Source: the human T2T-CHM13v2.0 reference genome, Homo sapiens. Taken from it: 64,000 nucleotides of DNA. The DNA is taken from assembly GCF_009914755.1 (NCBI RefSeq), contig NC_060926.1, one strand, 5' to 3'. Made by a program: the position numbers and the translations under genes. Shown here one piece after another: positions 35,811 through 49,149 of the stretch. Position 1 is the first letter of the stretch. The number at the start of each line of letters is the position of its first letter. The notes below the pieces were generated by a model that saw nothing but the letters and a program-made list of their open reading frames with translations, searched no databases and was not told where the DNA came from.

Positions 35811-36269
35811 GGAGATCAGTTCATACAGTATCTTCTTTGTAAGGCATATGAAAGAAATTTAAGAACTTGCTTTGTTAGTTTTTTTGTTTGTTTCTATCTA
35901 ACGGGAGCTGCAAGTTGTGAAGCTGATTGCATTGCATGCTAGAAAATGAAGAACATTTGTGTCCTTTGTAGCAAAGGTATAGCTATCTAAAATTTGTGTG
36001 TTTTTTATATTGACTTCATTCACATTTGGCCTTTGTCTTTTTTCACTATTTCTAATTTATTCTCTTATATGTTATATATCCTTGTATACCTCCTTAAAAC
36101 CTTTTTAGAACAGGCAGAGTCTGAATTAATAAAAATAAGTTGTTTGTATTGTTTGCTGGCAAAAATGAAATGTAGGCAATAGTATTAATTTTTAAAAACC
36201 ACGTTAAAGTTTAAACTTAGATCATCTTGAACTATAAATATGTGTTTTTGTGAGTTTACACACACAGTT

Positions 36270-36897
36270 TTGAGTGCCTGCTGAGTTCCTACAACTGTAT
36301 CATCCATTCAGCAAATTCAGTGAATAGTGCTGTTCTAGGCACTTGATACATCAGTTAATGAACCTACCATCAGGGAGCTTGCATTCTCCTGGGGAGGATA
36401 CTGACAAACAGCACATGTAGTAGATTAGTAAATTATACAGTATGTTAGAAGGTAATACATGCTATGGGAAAAGAAAAAAGCATTATGAGGGAGGTTAGAG
36501 ATGAAGGGAATGTGGGGATTGAGGTATTAGAGTGGTCTGGATGGGCCACATTGAGAAAATGAAATTGGAGCAGAGACTTGAAGGAGGTGAGGGCGTGAGT
36601 TATGTGGCTGTCTAAGGAAACGGCGTTTCATTAAAGGGAACAGCAAGTGGAGGTTCCGAGGTAGGCACGTGATTAGAATATTGAAGGAGCAGCTAGGTGA
36701 CCTGTGTGTATTTGAATAAGAAGAGTAGTAGGAAATGAGATCAAAGAGGTAACGAGATCGTGGGCAAATTGCGCAGGGACTTGTAGACTTCTGTTAGGAC
36801 TGGAGCTTTTTCTGAGTGAAAGCACGTGCCACTGCAGAGTTTCAAGCATAAGAGGGGCATGATTTGACTTGCATTTTAAAAGGAATGCTCTGGCTAT
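36270..36897 (-). mobile_element. L2 3' fragment ending about 45 nt before an RMDN2 acceptor
   Basis: 'catccattcagcaaa...gttctaggcact...gagcttgcattct...gcagagacttgaaggaggtgaggg...catgatttgacttgcattttaaaagga'. Confidence 0.75.
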
Positions 36898-36943
36898 TAT
36901 ACTTAACTTTCAAAGGAGTTGATGATTATTTCTGCGATTTTAG

Positions 36944-37118
36944 GTATATTACAGCTAATACTGACACAGAAGAACAGAGTTTTCCAGTCCCTAAGGCATT
37001 TAACACACGTGTAGAGGAATTAAATTTAGATGTCCTTCTTCAGAAGGTAGATCATTTACGTATGAGTGAGTCTGGCAAGTCGGAGAGTTTTGAACTACTT
37101 CGTGACCACAAAGAAAAG
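36944..37118 (+). CDS. RMDN2: RMDN2 shared exon (YITANTDTEEQ...LRDHKEK)
   Basis: ttttag| acceptor, |gtaaga donor; 175 nt; peptide recognised as RMDN2. Confidence 0.96.
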
Positions 37119-38113
37119 GTAAGAGACATAACAATAGCACTTCGTATAGTTCCATTTTTTAATTTAATCTGCCATCTGTTTCAGTTATAACTATAATAAT
37201 TGTGTCATGGTTCCCACATTTTGATGATTGATGTAAAATTTCTCTATAAAATGACTAAAATTTTTTAAAATTTATTTTTTATTTAAGATGCATAAAATTT
37301 TAAAAAAGTAAATGTAAAAGTTTATTAGACTCTAAGGTCATAAAAATGAGAACCAGAGCTATAATTAGCAGATTTACTTTTATTTGATTTTTTTTTTTTA
37401 CTAATTTATATATTTAACAAATATTTTGAGACAGATATGGGTATTCAAAGCTATTTCTACCAATGGTCATTTGTTGATTTTGCAGTGTTTAGTGTTGGGT
37501 CTGAATAAGAAAAGCCTGTCCAGAGCTCTTACCACCACCACTAAAAAAAAAAAATAAAATAAAATAAAATTAAAAATTAAAAGTTTGCAGTGTCCCATGG
37601 AGAAATAAATCTCTATTTGTCTGAGGATTTAGCAACTCTAAACACATTGTCTAAAACTTGATAGCTCTCCAGGATTATATTTAGGTAATTTGAGTAAAAA
37701 AAGTGACTGCTCTTTTGAGTATATGCATTTTCAATTTACAGATATTAACTGAGATGCTCATTATATTGATAATAGATAACTTGGAAAGGAAAAGAAGAAA
37801 AGGATGCCACAGCTCAGGAAGAATTTCCAGATTTTGGTGCCTATCAAATCTCTTCTCTGCATAGATGGAGCTAGTGTCTGGATAATATTAATTGGTTTTA
37901 AGATCCAAATGTAACACTACATTAGGTCATATTTCTTAGCCATGAGTATTTGGATTAAAAATGTTTCACACGAAATATGCATATACATAGATTCAATAAT
38001 CTATAAATACCAGTTTACCTGCCTAAGTTTTTAAAAAGTTGCAGTAGAAAACAAGAATAGAATAGACAAGTTACCAAGTTAATTTAACAGGCAACTCCAT
38101 CTTTTCTTTTCAG

Positions 38114-38216
38114 TTTAGAGATGAAATAGAGTTTATGTGGCGATTTGCTCGTGCTTATGGAGACATGTATGAACTATCTACAAACACACAAGAAAAGAAA
38201 CATTATGCTAATATTG
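38114..38216 (+). CDS. RMDN2: RMDN2 exon (FRDEIEFMWRFARAYGDMYELSTNTQEKKHYANI-G)
   Basis: ttttcag| acceptor, |gtaagc donor; 103 nt; RMD-family WR.ARA motif; in frame with neighbouring exons. Confidence 0.96.
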
Positions 38217-38271
38217 GTAAGCATTTTGTAAAGATTATTCTCAAGTAGCAATTAAGATCTATAGTAAATCA

Positions 38272-38609
38272 TGCAGCCGTAAAAAAGGATGAGTTCATGT
38301 CCTTTGCAGGGACATGGATGAAGCTGGAAACCATCATTCTCAGCAAACTAACACAAGAACAGAAAACCAAACACTGCATGTTCTCACTCATAAGTGGGAG
38401 TTGAACAATGAGAATACATGGACACAGGGAGGGGAACATCACACAACAGGGCCTGTCTTGGGGTGGGAGGCTAGGGGAGGGATAGCATTAGGAGAAATAC
38501 CTAATGTAGATGTCGGGTTGATGGGTGCAGAAAACCACCGTGGCACGTGTATACCTATGACCTGCATGTTTTGCACATGTATGCAAGAACTTAAAGTGTA
38601 ATAAAAAAA
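38272..38609 (+). mobile_element. L1PA7-like 3' end, 5'-truncated
   Basis: L1 ORF2 end and 3'UTR with AATAAA and A-tail; perfect 18-bp TSD aagatctatagtaaatca at 38254-38271 and 38610-38627. Confidence 0.93.
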
Positions 38610-39740
38610 AAGATCTATAGTAAATCACTAGTGAATGTTAACTAAAGCTAAATTATCTTAGCTAAAACCAGTATGTTTAATCTATTTTAATATATTATGG
38701 TACAAAAAAATGTACACTCTCAGAACAGAAAGGCATTTTAGGGCTAAAGTATATGTTCTTCAGAAATATTTGAATATATTAGAATAGGTAACTGAAAAAA
38801 ACTTAAATTTCATCTTTTAACTTTATAAAACTTAGACAAGAAATGTAGTGGCAGTGTTTGAGAAACAATAACAGGCAGAGGACAAGTGTCTTCAGCAGTT
38901 GTCAACCACAGTTAAAGTAACACATCTTACTTCCTGTAATGTAGAACTCTAGGGACTACGAAGAATAAACTCGCAGACTTTAATGTTTTTTCCAAATGTA
39001 TCTTGATGAAACAAGATTAACCTTGTTAAAAACTCTGTTTGATAATTGTCTAAGCTGAATGATGATTACATGTTGGTTCATTATTCTGACATCTATACTT
39101 TTTTACAAGTTTTTGAAATTTTTCATCACAACAAGAACAACTAAATAGATAGAATATCAAACTGTTATTTTTATACCTCACCTTGACTCTTACTGGATGT
39201 CAAAATGTGTCCTTGCAAAAGCCCCTACCTGCCATCTCTCTGAATGTCAGCATAGTACTTTGACATCAAAATCTTTTGAATTCTTCATTTATTCCGAAGG
39301 CTTCTCATTTCCAGGCTTTTCTTCTAGAAAAGATAGCAAGAGGAAGACACAGCAAGAAAGATTTCTTCCCAGTCTAGTTCTCTGTAATTTTTATTTCCAA
39401 GTAGAAAGTTTTACCAAACTCCTTGTAATTATATTTTTCCACTTGGAGATTCATTTGCTGAATGACCTCTGTGCTTTCGTTTCCCCCAGTGGGAGGAGGA
39501 TGAGAGGGCTTCCCCCTCTTGTTTGCATATTCATCATCAGCTTTGTGGAGTTTTTCTGTAGCATTCCAGTTTGCAGACCATATACAAAACAGAATTCTAG
39601 AGAAGAGATGTATTAATTTCAACATAAATAAAAACTTAACCAAGGAGAACAAGGGGATTTATTTTCATATCTACTGAGAAAATCCAAGTATATCTATGTA
39701 AAGTGTTCCAACATTCATCAATATTAAATACATTTTTTTC

Positions 39741-41253
39741 TTTTTTTTTTTAAATTTTTTTAGTATTTATTGATCATTCTTGGGTGTTTCTCGGAGAGGG
39801 GGATTTGGCAGGGTCACAGGACAATAGTGGAGGGAAGGTCAGCAGATAAACATGTGAACAAAGGTCTCTGGTTTTCCTAGGCAGAGGGCCCTGCCGCCTT
39901 CTGCAGTGTTTGTGTCCCTGGGTACTTCAGATTAGGGAGTGGTGATGACTCTGAACGAGCATGCTGCCTTCAAGCATGTGTTTAACAAAGCACATCTTGC
40001 ACCGCCCTTAATCCATTTAACCCTTAGTGGACACAGCATATGTTTCAGAGAGCACAGGGTTGGGGGTAAGGTTATAGATTAACAGCATCCCAAGGCAGAA
40101 GAATTTTTTAGTACAGAACAAAATGGAGTCTCCTATGTCTACTTCTTTCTACACACAGTAACAATCTGATCTCTCTTTCTTTTCCCCACATTTCCCCCTT
40201 TTCTATTCGACAAAACCGCCATCGTCTTCATGGCCCGTTCTCAACGAGCTGTTGGGTACACCTCCCAGACGGGGTGGTGGCCGGGCAGAGGGGCTCCTCA
40301 CTTCCCAGACGGGTCGGCCGGGCAGAGGCGCCCCCACCTCCCAGACGGGGCGGCTGGCTGGGCGGGGGCTGCCCCCACCTCCCGGACGGGGCGGCTGCCA
40401 GGCGGAGACGCGCCTCACTTCCCGGATGGGGCGGCTGCCAGGCGGAGGGGCTCCTCAGTTCCCAGATGGGGCGGCTGCTGGGCGGAGGGGCTCCTCACTT
40501 CTCAGACTGGGCGGCCGCTCAGAGACCTCCTCACCTCCCAGACGGGGTGCCAGTGGGGCAGAGACACTCCTCAGTTCCCAGACGGGGTCGCGGCCGGGCA
40601 GAGGCGCTCTTCACATCTCAGATGGGGCGGCGGGGCAGAGGCGCTCCCCACATCCCAGACGATGGGTGGCCGGGCAGAGACGCTCCTCACTTCCTAGATG
40701 GGATGATGGCCGGGAAGAGGCGCTCCTGAGTTCCCAGACTGGGCGGCCGGGCAGAGGGGCTCCTCACATCCCGGACGATGGGCGGCCAGGCAGAGACGCT
40801 CCTCACTTCCTAGATGGGGTGGCGGCCGGGCAGAGGCTGCAATCTCGACACTTTGGGAGGCCAAGGCAGGCGGCTGGGAGGTGGAGGCTGTAGTGAGCCG
40901 AGATCACGCCACTGCACTCCAGCCTGGGCAACATTGAGCACTGAGTGAGTGAGACTCTGTCTGCAATCCCGACACCTCGGGAGGCCGAGGCTGGCAGATC
41001 ACTCGCGATCAGGAGCTAGAGACCAGCCCGGCCAACACGGTGAAACCCCGTCTCCACCAAAAAATACGAAAACCAGTCAGGCGTGGTGATGCGTGCCTGC
41101 AATCGCAGGTACTTGGCAGGCTGAGGCAGGAGAATCAGGCAGGGAGGTTGCAGTGAGTCGAGATGGCGGCAGTACAGTCCAGCCTGGGCTCGGCATCAGA
41201 GGGAGACTGTGCAAAGGGGAGGGGGGAGGGGGAGGGGGAGGGAGAGGGAAAGG
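39741..41253 (-). mobile_element. Full-length SVA (older A/B-like)
   Basis: Poly(T), SINE-R, VNTR, Alu-like domain and short hexamer-derived GGGGGA run; TSD taaatacatttttttc at 39725-39740 and 41254-41269. Confidence 0.95.
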
Positions 41254-41445
41254 TAAATACATTTTTTTCATAAGTACCTGCCCTACCCTGGGTATTATGT
41301 ACTAAGGTAGGAATAGGATAGCAAAATAGACATGTTTTCAGGCTACAGGGGAGCTTATGGCTTTGTAGGGGAGGCAGCACTAGTCAAATAATCATACATA
41401 TACAAAAACGAATGGAAATAAGCTCTTATTAAAGAAGAGTACAGA

Positions 41446-41704
41446 GGCTGGATGTAGTGGCTCATGCCTGTAATCCCAGCACTTTGGGAGGCCAAGGCGG
41501 GCAGATAGCTTGAGCTCAGAAGCCCGAGACCAGCCTGGGCAACATAGGGAGACCTTGTCTCTACTAAAAATAACACGACTGAGGTGGGAGGATCGTTTGA
41601 GTCCAAGAGATCAAAGCCACAGTGAGCCATGATCTCACCACTGCACTGCAGAGTGGGTAACAGAGCAAGACCCTTTCTCAGATAGATAGATAGATAGATA
41701 GATA
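41446..41704 (+). mobile_element. AluJ with an internal deletion and a (GATA)6 tail
   Basis: J-type 'gcttgagctcagaag...cctgggcaacataggg'; start of the right monomer is missing; (GATA)6 at 41681-41704. Confidence 0.85.
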
Positions 41705-43149
41705 GAGAACAGGCTGTTTGCGAGCATATGTAGCAGAAAGGAGAATATGATGGCAGAGGATGGAGGTTGATGCAGGGAAGTCTTTCTTATGGAAGTTACA
41801 GTTTGCCATAGGTAAAATCGCTCTGGATCTCTATTCTTAAATGGAATGGGAGTTTAACTGAGTTAATGTCTTAGATGGTGAAATTCGTAAAGAAATAGGT
41901 TGAAGGGAATTCAGGGGCTAAAATGAAGCATAGAATTGAAATAGGATATATCCAAAAGAGAAGAGTTTATAGTGCCAAAGAAAAAGGAGTAGAAAAAGCC
42001 TCCGATGTGTTCATTCAGATATTGAAATAAAAGTAAAAGAATTCCTTTAATTTATCCATTTAAGAAATATTTATTCAAAATTATTTTGTCAAGGAACAGT
42101 GTGAAAACGAAGGGTGGAGGGAAGGGGAGGAGGGAGAGAAGGAGAGGCATAAATAAGATGAAGGCTGCACAACACTACGGAACCTATTCTATGGAAAAGA
42201 TAATAAAGGGACAGCCAATTATATTCAGTGTATAAGGAGTAAGTGCTTAGTAATGGTAATGACCAAGTATACTGGAACTGAGAGCAAGGCAGGGGCTCAG
42301 ACCAGCCGTGGAAGAACGTTGGGGTTCAGCATGAGGGAGGAAGTGCAGAAGATTTCTTCTCATAATAGCATGTTTAAGGTTGTTATGCTTAGTACAGATT
42401 TGATCACTGGAGAGTACAAAATTCTTTGATAAAACTCAAAGTGAGTATATCATTATGCAGTATGTTTCTGAAGTATTATGATATGAATCTTTATTTAAAG
42501 AAACATTTTTCTAACTTTCCTAATTAAGTAATCGATATGAATGCATCATAAAGATCACAAAATACAGTTCTCTAAAGGAAATAGCTTTACTTTTATTCTG
42601 ACTGCATAAGTGAGGCTATGAATCTAGTTTGTATACTACCCGGCGTCTTTTTATATTCTTGGAGTGATGGAATCACTTCTATTTCAGGCTTCTGGCAGTA
42701 CGCTGAAAGTTTTATTCATTTGGTAATGTAGCTAAAAAATTGATTTAGTTTTTAATGTTTTTACATTAAAAAGCATGTTTTTAATCATTCATTTAAAATT
42801 GCTAATTTCTTTAATATTTGTTCACACTGCAGTTAATTATTATTAAAATGCTTCACTTTTTAATTGTTTCCAATTTATGTCGATTTCTACACAGAATATT
42901 TATCTTAATGGATAGAACTGTAGAATGCCACCTTAACAAATTAACAAATAGAACCGTGGTTTTAGAATAAAATATTTTTATTTATAAAGATTATCTCAAC
43001 CACTTATTTAGAAAAGCATTTTGCATATCCTTGGATAGTCTCTTCAAGATAATAATAATGGATCAGGGAGAAAAGAAGTTATAAAACAAAAGGGCCCCTT
43101 TTGAGAAAGATTCTCAGAACACAGTTCTGTTTTATTTGCAGGTATTTAG

Positions 43150-43493
<344 letters not shown>

Positions 43494-43609
43494 CCAAATT
43501 AATTATTACATGGTTAAAAATTCCTCTAAAACTAAGTAAAATAATTTGGGGGAATTATTTATGTCACTGACCCTGTTCATTATTGTGAATGATTAGGCAA
43601 GAACTTCTC

Positions 43610-43850
43610 AGGGAAGCCTTCCCTTACTCCTTCAGGCAGAGTTAGAGTTACCCACTCTGCTGTGCCCTCTTTTTCACCTTGGTCTTTTTTTTTTTCTTGC
43701 ATGTAACTTACTTGTTTATATGCCTGCAGCATACTGAACGGTGAGCTCTTGGAGGTCAAGGACTCTGTCTTATTTTACATTTTATTCCCAGACACTCACA
43801 CAGTATGGCACATAGTAGGTACTCAGTAAATGTTGTTTGAATGGAATACA
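43610..43850 (+). mobile_element. L2 3' end
   Basis: 'ggcacatagtaggtactcagtaaatgttgtttgaatg'. Confidence 0.7.
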
Positions 43851-43919
43851 GAAAATTTCTATTACGCTTTGTAAGCAGTAATTAAATGACGTTTCTTGCA
43901 CTTGGTTAAGTTGCTTAGT

Positions 43920-44102
43920 CTAGTGGGTGTCAAACCTTAGCATACATCAGAATCATTGGAGGCTCATTAAACCACAGATTATTGGGCCCCAATCCCACAG
44001 TGTGTGATGGAGTAGATCTCCAATGTGGCTGAAAAGTTCTTAAACAAAGTTGCCATGTGATGCTGATGCTTCTGGTCTTGGGACCATACTTTGTGAACCA
44101 TG
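43920..44102. mobile_element. MER5A-type MITE
   Basis: 'tcaaaccttagcatacatcagaatca...tgatgctgatgcttctggtcttgggaccatactttgtgaacca'. Confidence 0.7.
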
Positions 44103-44172
44103 AGTTAATTCAATAATCCACCTCCTACCAACTCACATGAAGGTATTAAGTGTAAGTACTTTTATCTTTCAG

Positions 44173-44233
44173 GAAAAACTTTAAGTGAAAGAGCTATTAA
44201 TAGAGCACCCATGAATGGACATTGTCATCTGTG
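44173..44233 (+). CDS. RMDN2: RMDN2 exon (KTLSERAINRAPMNGHCHL-W)
   Basis: ctttcag| acceptor, |gtaagt donor; 61 nt; phases match neighbouring exons. Confidence 0.96.
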
Positions 44234-45894
44234 GTAAGTGTATAGGATTTATGCAGTCTTTTAAATTCTAACCTGCCTCTTTATAAATTAAATGGATTTT
44301 TCAAAATACTATTGACTCATACGTTTAATCTGTCAGTCACATTCACTGAAAAATATGTATAATAGCACAGTAACTGTTCTTATTCTGTTTATTCACATTT
44401 TTATTATGCAGCCTTGAAATATATTTAAGGGAAACTTTTATTGAAAAATTATTGAATGAATCTACCAAGTCTACTGGCTTTGAAGATGATACGTTATAAT
44501 TAAATCTAGTTCAGTATAACATTTTGCTTGAACACAAATACTAAAATGATAGCATGTTTCTAAATGAAATGTAGAAAAGCACATCAACCATTTCTTATGC
44601 ATTGATGCATCGTAATATACAAATTCCACAGATCAAGGAAAAGCCATTTATGATATTAAAAGTTCAAACAAAGAGAATTTAATTAGTTAGATTGGTATAG
44701 GTAAATATCCTTAGAGCAAAAAAAAAATCATTCTTAATTGTGTTTGGACCCTTTGTATGTTTATGTAAACATTATTTTATAAATATAAATTATAAATTAT
44801 AAAACAATAAGGAATATATTGTTTTAAATTATTATTCTTCCTTTTTCTTGTAGTTGCATTTTTACATTTGTTTTCTTTTTCTCTTGGTTTCTTTTTCTCT
44901 CCAGCAATACAGGTGCCCCAGATAGTGGGAAGATACAATAATAAATGTATGACCCTTTCTTCAGCCCTAAGTTTCCAGAAATCCACCCTTCTTTGCGGTT
45001 ACTTTATTTCCCATCCCTATGATGTAGGGGCACTCTTAGGCAAAATCTCTCTTAAAATGACTCCCTTTCCACAGGTCCACATTTGTCCCACAGAAGACTC
45101 ATTTTTGCCCCACCAAAATCTGAAGTACAAACCATTTCCTCAAAGGAGACCTCTTTTTTCACTCTGCCACCAGCAGGGGGAGCTCCACTCACAAACTCTC
45201 ACTTAAAATTCCCTGGGGAGGAATCCGGTAACATTTTATTTGTCCGAACTCAAAGGGACACATGCCAAAATATGAATAGACTTTTTGATGCTGCCCTCAC
45301 ATAGCTTTAGATGAGATGCAAGCCTAGCCCCTGCCCTCTGTCATGAGAGAGTGGAAGGCAGAACCCACAGCACCCTAACCCTGTAGAAATCCTCACTCCC
45401 AGTCTCTTCCTCCCTCTGGTGAATTATTTTCCTTATCTTACGTAGCCTGGAGAAGAGTGAAGGGCTAAATCTGGCAGAACCTGTGAATAATTTCTTAGTG
45501 TGTCGCGGATGGATAGTAGAGAATCTTGCTTTAGGGATTGGAGTACCTAATAGATAAAGTATTGTTTTGTACTCGGTGCCTCTGCCAAAATTCTAGGGAA
45601 AAAGGTAATTTTTCAGGTAACAATTTGGTACAGACTTAAGATCATTTCCCTAGAACAGAGGGTCTTGGCAATTATTTATGTTAGCCAGGTTTACCTAGAT
45701 AATCTAATTTACATAATAACACTAGTAAATTAACATATATGTTAAAGTACTTCTGTTCCTACGTTTAGTAGTAACTGTAATGAATTTGTGGTGATCAAGC
45801 CCTACTCTCTCTCTTCATCGCGTTTGATAATGGAGGTATTTGGGAACTGGTTAGCCTAATTAGGATGCAGAAAGAACACCGAAGTCCTACTTTT

Positions 45895-46042
45895 AACTCT
45901 CAACTCCTCCTCCTCCTCCCCTACTCTTCCTGTCTCTTACCTCTGACTCCTCTGTTCCCTCCCCTCCTCTTCCTTCTCTTCTTTCTCTCCCTCGTCTATT
46001 GCTCTTCCTTTCCCATCCTCTGTCCTCTTCCTTCTCTCCCAC
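45895..46042. repeat. CT-rich low-complexity polypyrimidine tract
   Basis: About 150 nt that is almost entirely C/T. Confidence 0.8.
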
Positions 46043-46729
46043 ATGCATCTGTACCCATGAAGAATCACATTAAAAATGTGCATTTGGTGTAAATCGTCAA
46101 TTTGAGGTTATTTATCAGTGTGGGTTTCCAAATTTTCATAGAGGAGCAATGTTGAATTTGAATTTTCTCTGAGGGCTTCATTAAGTACCTTGAAATGTAT
46201 CTTGTGAGCATAGATGATGCTGAACTCTGGGTTTCCCAGTCTGTCTTCCACTAATCTGGTTACATCTCCTTTGTTCATCTTCTTTTACTTTTTGTTGAGA
46301 ACTAAATGCCTTGTCTTGTTTATAATCATAGCATTTAACCCCAGTATTAAATCTTATCAAAACACAGAGTAGTGATTCAATTGTGTTTCACCTAATTTCT
46401 TATTCAGTATCAGTTTTGAATTAAAAAAATAAAATTAATCAGTTGATTAAGATTTGAGAAATTTAAATGTCAATTTAATCTTAATTCTTATACTATATCC
46501 CACTGAATGCAAAAGTCCTCCTTAAATTAAATAGTAGATGTTTGAGGGGATGAAAAAAGAAATTTAAACTTTGACTTGAGAAGCAATGGGTGAAATTTAG
46601 GTGGCCTGATTTTATAATTAATTATAATAAAATGTTCAAATCTTATTCTGCTGGACTCTCTTTAATTATGTTAAAACTGAATTAAGGCTGAATTTATTAG
46701 TATGATAATAAGACATATTCTCATTCATT

Positions 46730-46912
46730 CAGCATGAATGACAAACTATAGCCTGCAGATGAATTTGACTGCCTGTTTTTGTAAATAAAGTTTTATTGGA
46801 TCACAGCCACACACAGGCATTTTTGCACAGCAGCAGAGTAGTTGCAAAAGACTGGCCCCAAAGTCTAAAATGTTTACTATCTGGCCCTACTGCAAGAGTT
46901 TGCAGACCCATC
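46730..46912. mobile_element. MER58A-type MITE
   Basis: 'gcctgtttttgtaaataaagttttattgga...aaaatgtttactatctggccct...gtttgcagaccc'. Confidence 0.75.
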
Positions 46913-48089
46913 GTTTACAGTATTATATGATGGTTTACAAACCTTCAGTTTGAAACAAAAGATGTAATCTTTAAGAATAAATTTCAAAAAGGGTTAGTAT
47001 GATTTGGGAATGATTGAAAAATACAGATCATTCTAATGACTTAGTTTTATCTCTATCTTTTCTAAAATGAAATGACTTTGTAACTTTAAGGCTGTATATG
47101 CTTTCTATAAGATTCAGTTGTTTTTGTTCTACTGACAAAAAATATTTAATACTCCTGGAATCAAGAGAATGAGAATAAAGTGACCAATGGATTTGCAGTT
47201 TGTTGGCCAAATAAGCCAGACCTTAATTATAAGTAATGTCTTACATATTGGTTGTGCTCTACCCTTTGCAAATTATATCCACATGTCTTAGAACATGTGA
47301 TTTACAGAGCAGCTTGTTTTCACTTTATAGATGGGGTAAGCAAGGTACTGTGTGTATGTGTGCATGCACGCATGAATGTGTGTATTGATTAGTAATCAGA
47401 GCAATACAACAAGTGGAAAAACAGAAACTAGAACCCAGTTTTGTATTCTTATATGCCTAGTCATTTTTCTGTTAACAGTATGCTGCCTCTGCTTTTTCAT
47501 AGTATAAACAGCATTGGTGCTGAATGAGAAATACTGCAGGGAAATTAATGGAGTTGTTTTAGTAGTTGTTGAAACAGTATGATAGTCAATGATTAAGGAT
47601 ATATTCACTATCAATGCAAAGAAAAATACAGTGTTCTTGTCAAAACATATGTAGTTAGAATGACCTCTAGATGGAGGTAATATACCATGTTGTGAATTAA
47701 CTTTTTTCAGAATTTCCATCAGCCTGAGTATTTGAGAAAAAAAAATAAAATTAAGTATTTTAAATGAACAGTATTAAAAAATCAGATACACACACAAACA
47801 TAGGTAGAATGGATTGAAAGAAAAGAAGTAATGACCCTTTGGGAGAAAGTGACCAGGTAGCTTTGAATTTATGATACATAAAATGATAGATAATATTTTA
47901 AACTTTAAAGAAGCAGATTCCAAAAAAATATGAAAAATGTAACTCTAGGGGCAGATTATTTAAAAGGGAAAATGTACATATTTCATATTATGGTATTTAT
48001 AAATCATGGGGTTTTTTTTCCCTTGACTCAGAGTAACTTGGAGAGAATATGTTGAGAGAGCAAAATAAAAGCCTAGAGATATCCATAAG

Positions 48090-48660
48090 TAGTTCTGATT
48101 TGCAGAAAATAGCAGAAGATAGATTCTACCACTATAGACCAGTGAACATAGCATCTATGCTTTTCATTCCAGCACGGTTAGATGGGTTGTTTTGTGCATC
48201 TCTAGATAAGTGTGTACGCTGAAAGAGAACCAAGACAGATTTTTCTAAAAAGGTGAAATGATCTGTTTTTTATTTATTTATTTATTTATTTTGCTAGTAG
48301 AGTAGGGAAATCAATCCAGTATACCTGGATTGAAGTAAAGCACTGAGGCAAGTTCACTCATAACATTTTTTGGACAAGATGTAGAAATGTGGTCAAGCTT
48401 TGAGTCAGCTAACCCATGCTGACTAAACGGTTTGAGGCTCAGTTATGCAACAGATCACTGTCAATCTGGGGGTGATTCTAGGGCCAGGTCTGTATCTTGG
48501 TCCCCAGTGTGTTCAGTAATTTTGTTGGTGGGTGAAGATATAGAAAGTATGCTTGTAAAAGTTACAGAGAACACAAAATTAGAAGTAACAGGGTATATGA
48601 TGGATCACAACAGTAACTCAAAAGATTTTAACATGTTGAAAAAGATACCTAACAAGTTAT
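48090..48660 (+). mobile_element. Ancient L3/CR1 LINE reverse-transcriptase fragment
   Basis: Peptide 'EDIESMLVKVTENTKL' resembles the CR1 RT motif 'IE.TL.KFADDTKL'; upstream 'tcttggtccccagtgtgttcagtaatttt' resembles LGPVLFNIF. Confidence 0.55.
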
Positions 48661-49149
48661 GAATTAATAGAAGTAAATATGAAAGGAAGGATGGAGAGAA
48701 AGATGTCAAAAATGACTAAGGATAATAGGGAAATATGATAGAAATTTGAATAAAATATAGATTTTAGTTAATAGTGTATTAATATTGGTTCATTGTGACA
48801 ATTTTGTATCAATATTGTATATCAATATTGGTACAGTTTTGACAAATGTACTGTAGTAATGTAAGATGTTAACAATAGGGAAAACTAGGTGTGGCATGTA
48901 AGGGAATTGTCTGTACTATGAGAATTTTTTTGTAAATTCAAAGCTGTTCTAAAAGTATATTTAAATAGAAAGTGGCCTAAAGTTTTAAGTCCAAATAATT
49001 TGGAAAATGATAATGCCCATGACAAAAATAGAGAGTTTGGGGAGGTAGTCATATTGAATTTGGAAGGATTAGAATTGTTCCCCAAACTGGAACTCGTTGA
49101 GAGGAAACATTGAACAGAATGGCAGAGGCCATTTCAAAATAACATGGTG

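Noticed and set aside
39197-39652. 139-aa (+) and 92-aa (-) non-repeat ORFs
   Set aside because: No recognisable domain or splice context; lengths are compatible with chance.
40203-40893. Overlapping ORFs of up to 213 aa
   Set aside because: These are SVA VNTR artefacts.
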